DNA of 64,000 bases from Bacteroidales bacterium (GTDB taxonomy: Bacteria > Bacteroidota > Bacteroidia > Bacteroidales > GCA-2748055). The notes under the pieces are model-generated. The model was not told the DNA's origin, ran no database searches, and worked only from the letters and a program-made list of their open reading frames with translations. Positions 10,594 through 20,535 of this stretch are shown piece after piece (the first letter of the stretch is position 1; every line of letters starts with the position of its first letter). Location: contig JBBQAQ010000005.1 in the NCBI GenBank assembly GCA_038316435.1, forward strand, positions 52,957-116,956, in the 5' to 3' direction. Both the position numbers and the translations under genes were made by a program.

Positions 10594-11430
10594 TTATTTC
10601 CTCAAATTAAGCGAAATCCAGTTATTTTCATAAAAACTACTGATAAAAGTAAATCCATATTCATTTGCTTTTGCAAGGAGAACTTCTTTATCAACTGTGA
10701 GAATTCCGCTTATAATGAGGGTTCCATTGTCTTTTAATGCTTTAAAATACTCCGGAAGGTCTTGTAATAAAATATTTCGATTAATGTTAGCAAGGATAAA
10801 ATGGAATGAATGTCCTTCAAGGACTGAGCTGTCACCGGGAAAAACATCCCAGGGCTGTGAAATATTATTTTTTTGAAAATTTTCATATGCATTCTGAAAT
10901 GCCCAACTATCATTATCAATAGCTAAAACATAGGATGCACCCATAAGTTTAGCAACTATACCCAAAACACCGGTGCCACAACCCATATCGAGAACTTCCT
11001 TGGAATTAAGATCATTTCGCAACATTTCTCTAAGCATGAGCCGGGTAGTTTCGTGATGTCCAGTACCAAAAGACATTTTAGGCTCGATAATAACTGTATA
11101 TTCCAGGTCAGGTATTGTATGAAAAGATGCTTTTATGAGAATTCGGTCATCAACAGAAATGGGCGAGAAATTTTTTTCCCATTGTTCATTCCAGTTTTTT
11201 TCAATAATAGATTGATAAGTAAAAACCAATTCTGAATTTCCGGTCTGTTTAAATGAATCGATTATTGTTTGAATTTTTGCACTTAGGAGTTTTTCAGATC
11301 CAAATGCTTTTAAGAAAAGTTCATCTTCCTCAAAACTTTCAAAACCAGCGTCAAACAGAAAGGCAATAAGCCTTTCTGTTTCTTCTATCTGGATATTTAA
11401 TTTCTCTATTGAAAGTTCAATCTGAATCAT
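10594..11430 (-). CDS. prmA: Ribosomal protein L11 methyltransferase
   Basis: IEPKMSFGTGHHETT, VLDMGCGTGVL, LANINRNIL. Confidence 0.95.
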   Translation of the reverse strand: MIQIELSIEKLNIQIEETERLIAFLFDAGFESFEEDELFLKAFGSEKLLSAKIQTIIDSFKQTGNSELVFTYQSIIEKNWNEQWEKNFSPISVDDRILIKASFHTIPDLEYTVIIEPKMSFGTGHHETTRLMLREMLRNDLNSKEVLDMGCGTGVLGIVAKLMGASYVLAIDNDSWAFQNAYENFQKNNISQPWDVFPGDSSVLEGHSFHFILANINRNILLQDLPEYFKALKDNGTLIISGILTVDKEVLLAKANEYGFTFISSFYENNWISLNLRK

Positions 11431-11440
11431 CTAAAGCAAA

Positions 11441-12190
11441 TCAGAATGCGTTTACAATCTGTAAAAATTCATCAGCTTTCAATGATGCTCCGCCAATCAG
11501 GCCTCCATCTACATCAGGGTTCGCAAAAAGTTCTTTTGCATTTGATCCCTTACAACTTCCTCCATAGAGAATGGTTGTATCATCTGCAATTTGCGCTCCA
11601 TACTTGTTACTGATTTCAGTACGTATATATTTATGCATCTCCTGTGCTTGTTCAGGACTTGCTGTAACACCTGTTCCTATTGCCCAAACAGGCTCATAAG
11701 CTATAACTACCTTACAAAATTCAGCTGGACTCAAGTGAAAAACTCCTTCTGTAAGCTGGGATTTAACAACATCAAAATGCTTATTGGCATTGCGTTCAGG
11801 AAGTACTTCGCCAATACAGAAAATAGGTTTTAAATCTTTTGACAAAGTAATGTTTACTTTTTTTGCAAGAACCGCATTATCTTCATGATAATATGCTCTG
11901 CGTTCAGAATGACCAATAATAATATATTCAGCACCAATTGATTTAATCATACCAACTGAAACTTCACCGGTAAACGCTCCTGATTCCTCAGATGAACAGT
12001 TTTGTGCAGATAATTTAACAACTGAAAGTACTTTTTTAATATCAGCCAGATGGGTAAAGGGTGGTGCAATTATTACCAATGCATTGCTGGTTTTATTCAC
12101 AGCCAATGAATTAACCGCTGCGGCCAATTCAAGTCCATCGCTGATAACAGTATTCATTTTCCAGTTTCCTGCAACAATTTTTTGTCTCAT
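11441..12190 (-). CDS. tpiA: Triosephosphate isomerase
   Basis: AGNWKMN, IIGHSERR, AYEPVWAIGTG, GGLIGGASL. Confidence 0.98.
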   Translation of the reverse strand: MRQKIVAGNWKMNTVISDGLELAAAVNSLAVNKTSNALVIIAPPFTHLADIKKVLSVVKLSAQNCSSEESGAFTGEVSVGMIKSIGAEYIIIGHSERRAYYHEDNAVLAKKVNITLSKDLKPIFCIGEVLPERNANKHFDVVKSQLTEGVFHLSPAEFCKVVIAYEPVWAIGTGVTASPEQAQEMHKYIRTEISNKYGAQIADDTTILYGGSCKGSNAKELFANPDVDGGLIGGASLKADEFLQIVNAF

Positions 12191-12230
12191 ATCAATTCTA
12201 TTTAGTTTAAAGGGGATTAAAAATGAAGGT

Positions 12231-12238
12231 CAAAAGTA
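12231..12238 (-). promoter_or_regulatory. Sigma-A -7 box (TACTTTTG) for the tpiA-prmA unit
   Basis: Exact TAnnTTTG upstream of tpiA. Confidence 0.55.
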
Positions 12239-12285
12239 CTAAAGTTGCATGAAAATTCATTGATACTTTAGGAGATAATATTGGA

Positions 12286-13371
12286 TTATTTTCTGATCCT
12301 TGGATCAAGCAATGCATAAATAAGGTCCATAGAAATATTGACGATTACAAAAATCACTGAAGTGGTCAGTACACATCCCAGAACAACTGGAAGATCATAA
12401 TTATTTAAAGCATTTACCAGCATGTAGCCTAAGCCTTTCCATCCAAAAATGTATTCTATAAAAACAACACCAGCCAGCATACTGGCAAACCATCCACTGA
12501 TTGCTGTAACAACTGGATTCAAAGAGTTTCGTAGTGCATGTACGCCAATCACTCTGGATTTTTTTAATCCTTTTGCATATGCGGTGCGGATGTAGTCTTG
12601 ATTTAATACTTCCAGCATTGAATTTCTTGAAAGCTGGATTACAACCGACAGAGGCCTAATTCCCAGAGTAAACGCAGGTAATATAAGATTTTTAAGTTGC
12701 AATTTTATCCCTTTTCCAAAATCATCTATTTCATACAAATTGCCAGTAATATTAAGGTGGGTGAAATTTCCTAATTTGTAAGCAAAAAACCAAGCAATCA
12801 GAATTGCAGCAAAAAATGATGGAATGCTCATTCCTAATGCTGAAAAAAACAAAGTACCCCGATCGTACCAAGTATCCTTATTTAATGCTGAAAATGTACC
12901 TAGTATTGTACCGGCAAAAAAAGCCAGAAGTATAGCTGCCAGAGCCAGAATCAAAGTATTTGGAAAGGCCTCTGAAATCATTTCTCCAACAGGTCTCCGG
13001 CTTTGAAAAGATCTGCCCAGCCAGGGCATCTTAATAACTATGCATTTCCCACTTTCAAGGGTGAAGATAACTTTTGCGGTCTTGTATTTTTCCTTGTCAA
13101 GGTAAAAGTAAGAGTCTGTATTCTTCGACATATGAAAAGATACGGGTGAAAGATCGTTCAAGTACCTGATATATTGTAAATGCAGTGGCTTATCGAGTCC
13201 TAGTTCTGTTCGAATACCCTCGAGACTTGTCATATCAGCTCTTTGACCCAGCATCATGCGCGCTGGGTCACCAGGAAGAACATTAAACAGGAAAAAAATA
13301 AGTGTTACAACTCCCAGTAAAACTGCTAGCCCATAAAATGTTCTTTCTGCAATATTCTTTAATAAGATCAT
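12286..13371 (-). CDS. OppB/DppB-like ABC permease (no partner genes nearby)
   Basis: PGDPA, LGLDKPLHLQY, EAA loop DYIRTAYAKGL, C-terminal LDPRIR. Confidence 0.9.
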   Translation of the reverse strand: MILLKNIAERTFYGLAVLLGVVTLIFFLFNVLPGDPARMMLGQRADMTSLEGIRTELGLDKPLHLQYIRYLNDLSPVSFHMSKNTDSYFYLDKEKYKTAKVIFTLESGKCIVIKMPWLGRSFQSRRPVGEMISEAFPNTLILALAAILLAFFAGTILGTFSALNKDTWYDRGTLFFSALGMSIPSFFAAILIAWFFAYKLGNFTHLNITGNLYEIDDFGKGIKLQLKNLILPAFTLGIRPLSVVIQLSRNSMLEVLNQDYIRTAYAKGLKKSRVIGVHALRNSLNPVVTAISGWFASMLAGVVFIEYIFGWKGLGYMLVNALNNYDLPVVLGCVLTTSVIFVIVNISMDLIYALLDPRIRK

Positions 13372-13477
13372 TCAGTTATTATAGGTTTAGACGTTGCAAT
13401 TTTCCGGCAGTCTACAGATTTTTTTATCAATGCAAAAAGGAGTAAATTCTGAAATATTTCATTTAACTTATTGATTA

Positions 13478-15376
13478 TTAGCGTTTAATGAACGGATCTT
13501 CAAAAAATACCCTAATAAATAGCGCCAGGAATAAAAAGCCAAGAACCAAAATATAAATCCTTTTTTCCTCGAGGGAATTTCGTATTTTTTCCAATAAATA
13601 TGGCATAATAAATGTTTCTATTTTATTGGTTTCAGTGGCCACCTGAACAGAATTACGGAATTCATTAGGTTCTGGAATTAATTTATCATTCCATTTTGCC
13701 ATAACTTTGCCATTTCTAAAATGAATAAGTGAAACTCCCTTCCCTGAAACTCCCTCTATAAAGGATTTATTTCCTGAACAAAAGTTAATTGGAGTAATAA
13801 AAGAGTCGGTGAATCCGTATATCTGAGCAGCATCTAGCCCGCACATACCATAGAAAAACACAGGACCCTGAGGTAGTGACGCAGCAGTCATTGAAAGATT
13901 ATTCAGCTTTTCAAGTATATCAGGATCTGCATTTTGCGGTTCGAGTGTTGACACTAAAAAAACATCACCTGATTGCTGAAGTATCTCTCCTGTCTTATCA
14001 GCTCCCTCGGGAGTTAAAAGTTGGAAATCCTTAATAGGAGAAGTATAGCCGGATTCAATTTTTTCAGAATGTGAACTAACAAAAACCCAGTCACTGCTTT
14101 GTGGGAAGCTATCCATGGTAAAGGTAGCAACACTGTCGTTTTGAATATTCCTGTATTCCAGACTGGTCTGGTAGATATCATTTCTGGCACCAGTTGGAGT
14201 TGTCCACATGCGTTTCACATCAGCTCCTTTTGCAAAAGGATAGTCTTTAAGAAGCTTTTCCATATTCGAACCCAAATCTTTAATTTCAGGAAAATCGTTA
14301 GAATGCCATTTTGCGAGGATAGTGCCGTTCTTTATCAGTAATAGCCCGGGGTTTGAACGCACAATTGTTTTCAAAGCGATCTCATCTGCACTTCCAAAAT
14401 CGTATTTGAGGTCAAGATTTTTTACCGTTTTAAGAATATCTGAGTTTACAGAAGCTGTAACAGCATAAAATTGTACATCGTCGAAAATGCCACTCAGTTT
14501 ATAATAATCATTGGCTTTCATTAATCCGTTTTGATCTGCATCCGGCAAATTGTATGACACAAGAAGGAAAACAAAATCATCGGTATTTTTGATTGTTTCA
14601 GAAACATCCTCCCCATTTGGAGCCTGTATGGAAAAATCATGGATAAGAGGTTTATACCCTTCAGAAATCAAGATTGATTTTGAGCTGGAGAATTTCCATA
14701 AACTATCCTTAGGAAAATTATCAATGGTAAACTCGGAAATTTTTTCATCCGAAATGTTTTGATAATATAACCGTGTTTCATAAACATCAATTGCTGCACC
14801 TTCTGGATACGTAGAAGCATCAGGAATATTGGTACCGGTTTTATAAGGCATAAAATCGAGAATGGGAAGATGATTTTTACAATAAAGTGACAAACCAAGT
14901 GCCATTGCAAAAAAGACTGATAGCACGCCCCATTCTGCAAATGCATTGCGAATAACAGGAAAGTTTTTTCTCCCAATAAAAATCAACAAAGTAAAAATCA
15001 TTAGAACTATATTCTTCCAGAATGTTTCCCAATTGGTAAGAATAAGCGCATCTCCAAAACAACCACAGTCGGTAACCGGATTAAAAATCGCCAGTATGAA
15101 TGTTAAAACTGTGAAAAAAGACATGAAGAGCAGTACCGCCCATGAAACCACTTTCATACGATATCCTAGAAGAAGACTAATACCCATTAATAGTTCAGCG
15201 GATGACAAAAGCATTGCGAGCGGAAGGGCAGCCCACGACATGAACCCCATCCCGAAAGCATTAAAGTAATCAGTGAATTTATAGGTGGAGCCTAAAGGGT
15301 CGACAGCTTTTACAAATCCCGAAAAAATAAATACTAAGCCGACAAGTATCCTGCATATTGTTCTGAGAGTTTTCAT
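13478..15376 (-). CDS. DoxX/MauE-domain membrane protein (BT_3928-like) with a duplicated periplasmic domain
   Basis: FSGFVKAVDP and DCGCFGD motifs, about 5 TM helices, then two related ~190-aa units and a C-terminal TM. Confidence 0.85.
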   Translation of the reverse strand: MKTLRTICRILVGLVFIFSGFVKAVDPLGSTYKFTDYFNAFGMGFMSWAALPLAMLLSSAELLMGISLLLGYRMKVVSWAVLLFMSFFTVLTFILAIFNPVTDCGCFGDALILTNWETFWKNIVLMIFTLLIFIGRKNFPVIRNAFAEWGVLSVFFAMALGLSLYCKNHLPILDFMPYKTGTNIPDASTYPEGAAIDVYETRLYYQNISDEKISEFTIDNFPKDSLWKFSSSKSILISEGYKPLIHDFSIQAPNGEDVSETIKNTDDFVFLLVSYNLPDADQNGLMKANDYYKLSGIFDDVQFYAVTASVNSDILKTVKNLDLKYDFGSADEIALKTIVRSNPGLLLIKNGTILAKWHSNDFPEIKDLGSNMEKLLKDYPFAKGADVKRMWTTPTGARNDIYQTSLEYRNIQNDSVATFTMDSFPQSSDWVFVSSHSEKIESGYTSPIKDFQLLTPEGADKTGEILQQSGDVFLVSTLEPQNADPDILEKLNNLSMTAASLPQGPVFFYGMCGLDAAQIYGFTDSFITPINFCSGNKSFIEGVSGKGVSLIHFRNGKVMAKWNDKLIPEPNEFRNSVQVATETNKIETFIMPYLLEKIRNSLEEKRIYILVLGFLFLALFIRVFFEDPFIKR

Positions 15377-16047
15377 TTAAATACTTTATTTACTATTTTA
15401 TCAAAAATTAATTTTGGTGGAAGAACGTCTCCGCTGCCGTTACTACAATCGATAACCGAAAAATTCTTTTGTTTTACTCCTAATTCCAGATATATCTGCC
15501 TTACACGTTTCTGAAAATCAAGATCATCTTCATGAATATCGCGTGTTCCCTGTAAATAATTCCTATCCATCCCCTCCCGCTCTGAAGAAAGCTGTGCTGT
15601 GGTAAATTCAAATGGAACATCCAGAAAAATATTCTGATCGGGAACAGGAATTTTAAAATACTCGTACTCGAGATGCAATATCCAATCATTAAGCTTTTGC
15701 CTTTCCTCTTCTACATTGAGTTTTGCGCACTGAAATGCGATATTTGATATAACGTATCGATCCACCAAAACGAAATAATCCTTTTCAAGCCAGGTTTTGA
15801 TCATCTTGGATGCATCATTTCTGTCACCTGCATAAATCAGTGCAACCAGATAGGGATCTACTGAATTATTGGCTCCAAGTTCACCTCTCAGAAAGCGGGC
15901 GATCAAGTCACCGTATACCGGAGCATCCATTCGCGGGAAATGGAGGTATTCATGTTTAATTCCTTCAGAATTCAAGAAATCACGAAATAATTTAATCTGG
16001 GTTGATTTGCCCGACCCATCAAGGCCTTCTAAAACTACAAATTTCAT
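15373..16047 (-). CDS. tmk: Thymidylate kinase
   Basis: EGLDGSGKSTQ P-loop, LVDRY, PDQNIFLDV; 4-bp overlap with the next gene. Confidence 0.9.
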   Translation of the reverse strand: MKFVVLEGLDGSGKSTQIKLFRDFLNSEGIKHEYLHFPRMDAPVYGDLIARFLRGELGANNSVDPYLVALIYAGDRNDASKMIKTWLEKDYFVLVDRYVISNIAFQCAKLNVEEERQKLNDWILHLEYEYFKIPVPDQNIFLDVPFEFTTAQLSSEREGMDRNYLQGTRDIHEDDLDFQKRVRQIYLELGVKQKNFSVIDCSNGSGDVLPPKLIFDKIVNKVFK

Positions 16048-16097
16048 TATGTTTCTATATATTTTTAAAGTGTTCAGTCAGGATTTACCCAAAATGC

Positions 16098-16105
16098 TAC
16101 CTTTG
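16098..16105 (+). promoter_or_regulatory. Sigma-A -7 box (TACCTTTG) for folP-cdaA
   Basis: Exact TAnnTTTG ending 17 nt before the ATG. Confidence 0.55.
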
Positions 16106-16122
16106 CAATAACAATCCCAAAC

Positions 16123-17004
16123 ATGACAAATCTGACGCTTAAAGATACGGTTTTTTCAGAAAAACATAGCCTCAACTGTAGAGGGAAGTTACTTGATCTT
16201 GCCCGGCCTGCAATTATGGGAATCTTGAATATTACAGATGATTCTTTTTTTGACGGTGGTATATATGTTGATACTAATACAATCCTCGAAAGAGTTAAGC
16301 TTATGCTTTCTCAGGGTGCCGACATTATTGATATAGGTGCAATGTCAACCCGGCCTGGTTCACTTCCGGTACATGAAGAAATTGAAATTGAAAGACTTTC
16401 AGAAGCGTTGGAACTAATTCGGAAATCGTTTCCGGATATAATTATTTCAATAGATACTTTCAGACCAGAAGTTGCCCGAAAAATGATACTTGAATACAAA
16501 ATTGACATAATAAATGATATCACTGCCGGTGGTGAAAATGAGGAAATGTTTCAGATTATCGCTGAATTTAAAGTGCCATATATCATAATGCATATGCAGG
16601 GGGAGCCTGGTACTATGCAACAAAAGCCACAATATCCTGACGTTGTAGATGAAGTACTTTTGTACCTCGCAAAAAAAACATCAAGCCTAAGGAAATTGGG
16701 GGTAAATGATATTATTGTTGATCCGGGCTTTGGTTTTGGAAAAACATTGGATCATAATTATGAACTTCTCGCAAATCTTTCTGTTTTTTGTTCTCTGGAA
16801 TTACCAATTCTTGTAGGACTATCGCGTAAATCAATGATTTCAAGGTTTTTAAATACAAGTCCGGATGATGCTTTAAACGGAACAACAGCCCTTCATATGT
16901 TTGCCTTAAACCAGAGCGCAAATATACTTAGGGTTCATGACGTTAAGGAGGCAGTTGAAACTCGAAATCTCTATTACAAACTCAGAGAAACTGCTGATAA
17001 GTGA
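16123..17004 (+). CDS. folP: Dihydropteroate synthase
   Basis: MGILNITDDSFFDGG, DPGFGFGK, GLSRKS, LRVHDV. Confidence 0.97.
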   Translation: MTNLTLKDTVFSEKHSLNCRGKLLDLARPAIMGILNITDDSFFDGGIYVDTNTILERVKLMLSQGADIIDIGAMSTRPGSLPVHEEIEIERLSEALELIRKSFPDIIISIDTFRPEVARKMILEYKIDIINDITAGGENEEMFQIIAEFKVPYIIMHMQGEPGTMQQKPQYPDVVDEVLLYLAKKTSSLRKLGVNDIIVDPGFGFGKTLDHNYELLANLSVFCSLELPILVGLSRKSMISRFLNTSPDDALNGTTALHMFALNQSANILRVHDVKEAVETRNLYYKLRETADK

Positions 17005-17048
17005 TATTGTCAATGATTTTTCTAATTTTGTTTTAAATATAAAGTCAG

Positions 17049-17834
17049 GTGCTAACACTCTTTTTACATTTAAGGTTCCTCGATATTCTGGATATTTTTC
17101 TGGTTGCAATACTTTTCTATCAAGTGTACATGTTGATACGCAGGACTGTAGCCTTAAACATTATCCTGGCTATAATTATTATTTATTTTTTCTGGGGATT
17201 GGTTAAAATGCTTAGGATGGAACTCCTAAGTAACATTATAGGACAGGTTATTGGGGTTGGTGTAATAGCGCTTATTATAGTTTTCCAACAAGAAATACGT
17301 CGTTTTCTTATTATGATTGGAACCCGATATATTAGCAGAAACAGATTCCGTATCGCTGGTATGTTCAGAATGGACCTAGACCCCAGACCCCGAATGAGAA
17401 TAAAATCAATTGTAAAAGCGGTAACCAATCTATCGAATTCGAAAACAGGTGCACTCATTGTAATTAAGAGAAAATCAAGTCTTGAAATGTATGCCCAGGC
17501 TGGAGATATTCTGGAAGCAAACATTTCCAGCCGCTTAATTATTAGCATTTTTAACAAATTCAGTCCCCTGCATGATGGGGCGATTATTATTGATAAAGAA
17601 AAGATATTTGCTGCAAGGGTCGTACTACCTGTAACAGACAACCCTGATTTACCTCCGGATTATGGACTCAGACACAGGGCTGCCCTGGGAATTACAGAAG
17701 TTACTGATTCTCTGGTAATTGTTGTTTCAGAAGAAACAGGAATAGTTTCGATTGCTGAAAATAATGAAATTGAAAGAGGGATATCTTCCCCTAAACTAAT
17801 GGAAAGGCTTGAGCAGGAATTTCAGAATATCTGA
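17049..17834 (+). CDS. cdaA: Diadenylate cyclase CdaA/DacA
   Basis: Three N-terminal TMs, FQQEIRR, PLHDGA, GLRHRAALG, VSEETG. Confidence 0.93.
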   Translation: MLTLFLHLRFLDILDIFLVAILFYQVYMLIRRTVALNIILAIIIIYFFWGLVKMLRMELLSNIIGQVIGVGVIALIIVFQQEIRRFLIMIGTRYISRNRFRIAGMFRMDLDPRPRMRIKSIVKAVTNLSNSKTGALIVIKRKSSLEMYAQAGDILEANISSRLIISIFNKFSPLHDGAIIIDKEKIFAARVVLPVTDNPDLPPDYGLRHRAALGITEVTDSLVIVVSEETGIVSIAENNEIERGISSPKLMERLEQEFQNI

Positions 17835-17858
17835 TTAAAATGAGTTAATCATTTTAAA

Positions 17859-18512
17859 TTAGTCTTTCTCTTTTATATCCGATTTAGACCGGAAGCTAGT
17901 TTTGTTTTCATTACCATTCCAAAGCCTGACGACATTTTTTCTGTGTGTATAAATAATAAGGAGAGCAACTACAATAGAAAAAATATTGAGCTGCAGATTT
18001 TCAGATTTAAAAACAATTATTATCCAAACAGGAAATGAAAGACCTGCAATAATCGAACCTACTGAAGAATAGCGGGTAATAAAAAAAGAAATCAGAAAAA
18101 CACCAGCTGCGCATAAGGTTGCAAACGGATGAAGTGCAAGCAAAACGCCAAATACAGTAGCTACGCCCTTTCCTCCCCTGAAACCTGCATATACAGGATA
18201 TATATGACCCAAAACCGCCGCAATTCCAAGTATGATCTGTATATTCACATATTGCGGAGTAGCAGGATCAACAAACGAGTAAAATTTAACAAGATGAATT
18301 GCTGCAAATCCCTTTAACATATCAAATACAAGCACAAATAAACCTACTGGTGCACCAAAAACTCTTATTGCATTTGAGGCTCCTGCATTACCACTGCCAA
18401 ATTCACGAATATCGATCTTGTAAAATAATTTACCTACCCATATTGATGTTGGTACAGCCCCAACAAGGTAAGCTAAAATTAACATTAAGAAAAGATCAAT
18501 AAAATGTTTCAT
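17859..18512 (-). CDS. plsY: Glycerol-3-phosphate acyltransferase PlsY
   Basis: GSGNAGASN, DMLKG, FRGGKGVAT, HRKNVVRL; TAACTTTG box at 18532-18539. Confidence 0.95.
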   Translation of the reverse strand: MKHFIDLFLMLILAYLVGAVPTSIWVGKLFYKIDIREFGSGNAGASNAIRVFGAPVGLFVLVFDMLKGFAAIHLVKFYSFVDPATPQYVNIQIILGIAAVLGHIYPVYAGFRGGKGVATVFGVLLALHPFATLCAAGVFLISFFITRYSSVGSIIAGLSFPVWIIIVFKSENLQLNIFSIVVALLIIYTHRKNVVRLWNGNENKTSFRSKSDIKEKD

Positions 18513-18682
18513 TCCTTAGTTTTTGAGGGATCAAAGTTAAGATTTTTGCATAAATAGCAAGGACTTTGTAAAAACGTTTGCAACGCTTAACAAAGTCCTT
18601 GATTATTAGTATTTAAGATGTAAAGCTATTTGTTTATTTCTTTTTATATCGGAATTAAAAAAGAAATAAACCAGCTTTTATG

Positions 18683-20272
18683 TCAAAGTTGAGGACCAGC
18701 TATCACCAAAGCTTTTCCTGCTTCCGTGTCTGTGAACTGTTGAAAGTATTTAAGGTACTTTGAAGAAAGGCTTTTGGCTTTTTCCTCCCATTCTGAAACC
18801 TGGGAATAAGTTTCCCTGGGATCAAGAATACCTTCACTTACATTATTCAGCTTTTCAGGAATAGTTAAATTTAGAATTGGAATATTAAGTGTTTTAGCCT
18901 TGTCGATTGAACCATCTAGAATAGCATCAATTATTGCCCTTGTATCTTTAATTGAAATACGCTTCCCTGTACCGTTCCATCCTGTGTTTACCAGATATGC
19001 TTTTGCTCCATTCTGATCCATTTTTTTAGCAAGTACTGATGCATACATTGTTGGATGTAAGGTCAGGAATGCTTCCCCAAAGGCAGGTGAAAATGAAGGA
19101 ACGGGCTCAGTTATTCCGCGCTCGGTACCAGCTAGTTTGGAAGTATACCCACAAAGAAAATGGTATTGTGCCTGATCTCTGTCGAGAATTGAAACCGGAG
19201 GTAGCACTCCGTAAGCATCTGCCGACAGATAAATTATTTTTGTAGCATGACCAGCTTTTGAAGGCAGAACAATTTTATTTATATGGAAAATCGGGTATGA
19301 AACTCTGGTATTTTCAGTAACTGATGAATCAGCATAATCTACAGATCCATCAGGTAAAACAGTGACATTTTCTAGTAGTGCATTTCTTGCAATTGCATTC
19401 CAGATATCCGGTTCATTTTCCTTGCTAAGTTTAATAGTTTTAGCATAACATCCCCCTTCCAAGTTAAATACTCCCAGATCATCCCATCCATGTTCATCAT
19501 CGCCTATCAGGTAGCGTTTCGGATCGGCTGATAGTGTTGTTTTCCCGGTTCCTGACAGGCCAAAAAAGACAGCTACATCGCCCTTTTCACCTACATTGGC
19601 TGAACAATGCATTGATGCAATTCCTTTCTGTGGAAGGTAATAATTCATCAGGGAGAAAATTCCTTTTTTCATTTCACCACCATACCATGTACCGCCAATA
19701 ACAGCAATTTTCTCAGTAAGATTAAATAACACAAACACTTCAGAATTAAGTCCATGTGCTTTCCAATCTGGATCTACTACCTTGGAGCCATTCATAACTA
19801 CAAAGTCAGGTTCACCAAAATTTTCCAGTTCATATAATGTAGGCCTAATAAACATATTTGTTACAAAATGTGCCTGCCATGCAACTTCCATGATGAATCT
19901 TACTTTCATGCGAGTATTATGGTTGGTACCGCAAAAAACGTCAACGACATAAAGCTTCTGTGAGGATAATCTATTAGTCACGAGTTTTTTGCAATCGGTA
20001 AATGCTTCCTGAGAAACAGGGCGGTTAATTACGCCATCCCACCATAAGGTATTTTCTGTTTGGCTATCTTTAACAAAAAATTTATCCTTTGGAGATCTGC
20101 CTGTAAAAATTCCTGTTTTTACTGATACAGCCCCTGTAGAAGTTAGAGTTCCCTTTTCAAATCCTTCCAGATTTGGATCGGTCTCATGTTTAAAAAGGAC
20201 TTCATATGAAGGATTATAATATAATTCTTTCACATCGTTTATTCCATAGATTCTTAAGTCTGGTAATTTCAT
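18683..20272 (-). CDS. pckA: ATP-dependent PEP carboxykinase
   Basis: [48 protein letters not shown]; ATG 20272 preferred. Confidence 0.97.
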   Translation of the reverse strand: MKLPDLRIYGINDVKELYYNPSYEVLFKHETDPNLEGFEKGTLTSTGAVSVKTGIFTGRSPKDKFFVKDSQTENTLWWDGVINRPVSQEAFTDCKKLVTNRLSSQKLYVVDVFCGTNHNTRMKVRFIMEVAWQAHFVTNMFIRPTLYELENFGEPDFVVMNGSKVVDPDWKAHGLNSEVFVLFNLTEKIAVIGGTWYGGEMKKGIFSLMNYYLPQKGIASMHCSANVGEKGDVAVFFGLSGTGKTTLSADPKRYLIGDDEHGWDDLGVFNLEGGCYAKTIKLSKENEPDIWNAIARNALLENVTVLPDGSVDYADSSVTENTRVSYPIFHINKIVLPSKAGHATKIIYLSADAYGVLPPVSILDRDQAQYHFLCGYTSKLAGTERGITEPVPSFSPAFGEAFLTLHPTMYASVLAKKMDQNGAKAYLVNTGWNGTGKRISIKDTRAIIDAILDGSIDKAKTLNIPILNLTIPEKLNNVSEGILDPRETYSQVSEWEEKAKSLSSKYLKYFQQFTDTEAGKALVIAGPQL

Positions 20273-20393
20273 TGCAATTATTTTATATAATAGATTGTCA
20301 AAGCCTGCATGTGCATAATTTTGAGGCAATTGTATTTGCGCATTCCTAAGAATAAAGTCCTCATCTTTTTTAAAAACTCAATTATCGTTAAGA

Positions 20394-20401
20394 CAAATAT
20401 A
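20394..20401 (-). promoter_or_regulatory. Sigma-A -7 box (TATATTTG) for pckA
   Basis: Exact TAnnTTTG in the intergenic region. Confidence 0.5.
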
Positions 20402-20535
20402 TATTATTTATTGATAATGCCTTTTACTAAACTTAGGTTGAAATAATTACAGCCATATAAATTTTCTTTTCGTTAATCGTACAAAAATCGACTGAAGTCA
20501 CTACATTTTGAATTCATCAAAGTATTAAAGCAAAA

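Noticed and set aside
17183-17641. 152-aa minus-strand ORF
   Set aside because: Antisense shadow of cdaA
20273-20393. Riboswitch in the ~120-nt pckA leader
   Set aside because: Only a weak TGAGG/CCTCA pairing; no recognisable aptamer or terminator
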